Part shown: piece by piece, positions 62,416 to 64,000 of the stretch
How the letters are laid out: each line of letters starts with the position of its first letter
Position numbering within the stretch: the stretch's first letter is position 1
Assembly (NCBI GenBank): GCA_000934665.2
Contig: KZ538158.1
Coordinates: 1 to 64,000, forward strand
Source: Catajapyx aquilonaris
Taxonomy: Eukaryota
Length of the DNA stretch: 64,000 nt
Direction: 5' to 3'
Notes under the pieces: generated by a model
What the model saw: the letters and a program-made list of their open reading frames with translations, nothing else
Databases searched by the model: none
Told to the model about the DNA's origin: nothing
Program-made: the position numbers and the translations under genes

Positions 62416-62916
62416 AAGGTTATTGATAAATGTATTTTCCCAATTATTATTAGCTTACCAGTAATAGTGATAAAATGCAGCAGCGGTGAAAATGAGTTTA
62501 GCTACTTCCTAGGACTTATCGTTCCAGTTCCGTCTCTGGTCTTCCGGTGTTTGTTACACAGTTTTTCCTGTTGACTGGCTCAGCTGGCGCCCCCCAGCAG
62601 ATAGGCACAGGGATTTATAGACGCCTGTTTACCACTCCTGTGCTGTCCGGACCGATACGCGGTTCTAAAGAGGTCGAGCACATCGTTATTGACGATTATT
62701 ACCCAAGAGCGATAACCTAGAATCAGCCAGAGTTTTGTACGTGGCGGGTAAAAATCATCGGTTCCATATGTAACCGCTGCGTTTGAATACCACGGAGTGC
62801 TTGGGGGTTATGCAACCGATAGAAGAGGTCAAGGGGTGTCCTCACAGTGGGTGGGTATGGGGCAGTCGGTTGGCTGGAGTCGAAGGAACGCTACTTGGTG
62901 ATCTGGGTTCTAAGAG

Positions 62917-63018
62917 ATGCAAGCGGTGGATTTCATGAGCAGGTTCACTCCGGGGAGGTTGAGGACCAGGAAGAAGTATGTCATCAACCGGCCAAGTCTT
63001 TGCGAGTTGTGCATTCCG
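62917..63018 (+). CDS. Short proximal alternative first coding exon of putative AMPK gamma
   Basis: MQAVDFMSRFTPGRLRTRKKYVINRPSLCELCIP|gtaagg, phase 0, 159 nt upstream of the phase 0 acceptor at 63178. Confidence 0.55.
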
Positions 63019-63177
63019 GTAAGGTGGTATTGTGAGGTTCAACCGTGGTTGCATAATGTACTGTTGGTCATATTGTGAGCACACTCCCATTACATGCCCA
63101 GTGTGACATATTCATATTGGTAGAAAAAGGTTTGAAGGGAAAAGCAAAGTTGTAATCACCGCATTTGTCAATTCTAG

Positions 63178-63274
63178 GAGGTGGTGGGATCGCAGCCATT
63201 GCCGGTCATCATCACCGAAGACGTGGACGGAAGCATGCAGAGCAGCCAGGATAGTGGAGCACGCCCCAGGGCTG
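63178..63274 (+). CDS. SNF4Agamma: Shared internal exon, putative AMPK gamma N-terminal region
   Basis: ttctag|EVVGSQPLPVIITEDVDGSMQSSQDSGARPRA-G|gtaaca; phase 0/1; joins the next exon across a 78-nt intron to form RPRAGTW. Not in the ORF track. Confidence 0.75.
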
Positions 63275-63352
63275 GTAACAATCATATAAGACATGTCTGA
63301 CTTTTTTGGGGGGTGGACTGCCCACACTCTCTGGCTTGTTTAATCTTAACAG

Positions 63353-63579
63353 GTACCTGGAGTGTGTCGTCCCACAATCGGCATCAGCTTAGTCTCAGCC
63401 GGGAGTCCAAGACCAGCAGCAGTGAAGATGCACGGCAACGACGCAAGTCTGGTGATGATATCCTCACCTCGCCGTCGAGGAAGAATGCACTCTTCGATGC
63501 ATTCAGGCCTAGGTCAAAGTCGGATGCCACCAGGAACAAAAAGCCTACACTTATGGCACAGATGAAGAATGCTGTGCAT
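63353..63579 (+). CDS. SNF4Agamma: Shared internal exon, putative AMPK gamma (CBS domains would lie right of the window)
   Basis: aacag|(G)TWSVSS..RRKSGDD..RKNALFDAFRPRSKSDATRNKKPTLMAQMKNAVH|gtaagc. DAFRPRSKSD is recalled from arthropod SNF4Agamma long isoforms; the exon is clear, the gene identity less so. Confidence 0.75.
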
Positions 63580-63698
63580 GTAAGCAAAGAGCAATATTAG
63601 CTCACTTTTATTGGCCTAGTTTTACCATATATTATAAATTATGGGATGTAATACTCTGGCTGTGACTCACTCGTAGCCATGGGATGCTTAGTACAATG

Positions 63699-63829
63699 CA
63701 TTGGTGGGAATTAATGGATATCCATTAGTGTCGCCGCCTGGGGGAGCTTGTCCTGTGCTTCATGTACTTGTAGAGGAAAAGCTCCGCCAGGTGGCGATAC
63801 TTGTGAAGATCCATTAATTCCCACCACTG
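63699..63829. mobile_element. Palindromic MITE
   Basis: CATTGGTGGGAATTAATGGAT..TCGCCGCCTGGGGGAGCTT / AAGCTCCGCCAGGTGGCGA..ATCCATTAATTCCCACCACTG|TA. Confidence 0.75.
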
Positions 63830-64000
63830 TACGGTACATTGGTAGCATCTCTTGCAAAAATTACTGAACTGCAGTAGTTGCAGTAGTAAGTAGCTCAGTG
63901 AAACCTGTTTATAGTGGAGTTACATTCCAAGAAAATTTGCTGTAATGAACAGGCTTATGCTACAAGCATCATAAATGAAAAGTCTTTCTGCGTGACAAAA

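Noticed and set aside
62847..63035. Supplied ORF frame (GGYGAVGW..) as the coding frame of this exon
   Set aside because: GTG start and a poor acceptor; the ATG 62917 frame gives a phase 0 donor matching the next exon. Not fully excluded.

Overview
Intron-rich animal genomic DNA, most likely arthropod (inferred from the NR2E6-type receptor and the SINE body domains); no prokaryotic features or CRISPR arrays. Three protein-coding genes are supported. (1) Minus strand: two DNA-binding-domain exons of a PNR-like NR2E6 nuclear receptor (6802-6935, 6062-6177); the gene continues off the left edge. (2) Minus strand: a complete polypeptide N-acetylgalactosaminyltransferase of the GALNT11/pgant35A type, with 8 coding exons (29813 to 19124) that splice in phase to 634 aa. 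(3) Plus strand, head-to-head with GALNT11: the 5' part of a large gene with several alternative first exons (40552, 46137, 62917, possibly 34189 and 44090) joining shared exons 63178-63274 and 63353-63579, probably the long N-terminus of AMPK gamma (SNF4Agamma/PRKAG2). The head-to-head GALNT11/AMPK-gamma pair mirrors the human PRKAG2-GALNTL5-GALNT11 arrangement. Non-coding DNA carries four tRNA-headed SINE families sharing one covarying 3' stem-loop, many MITEs, a nested transposon stack in a GALNT11 intron, and decayed Academ-like and Penelope-like coding relics, the latter with a hammerhead-like motif. All calls come from reading the sequence by eye; no searches were run.
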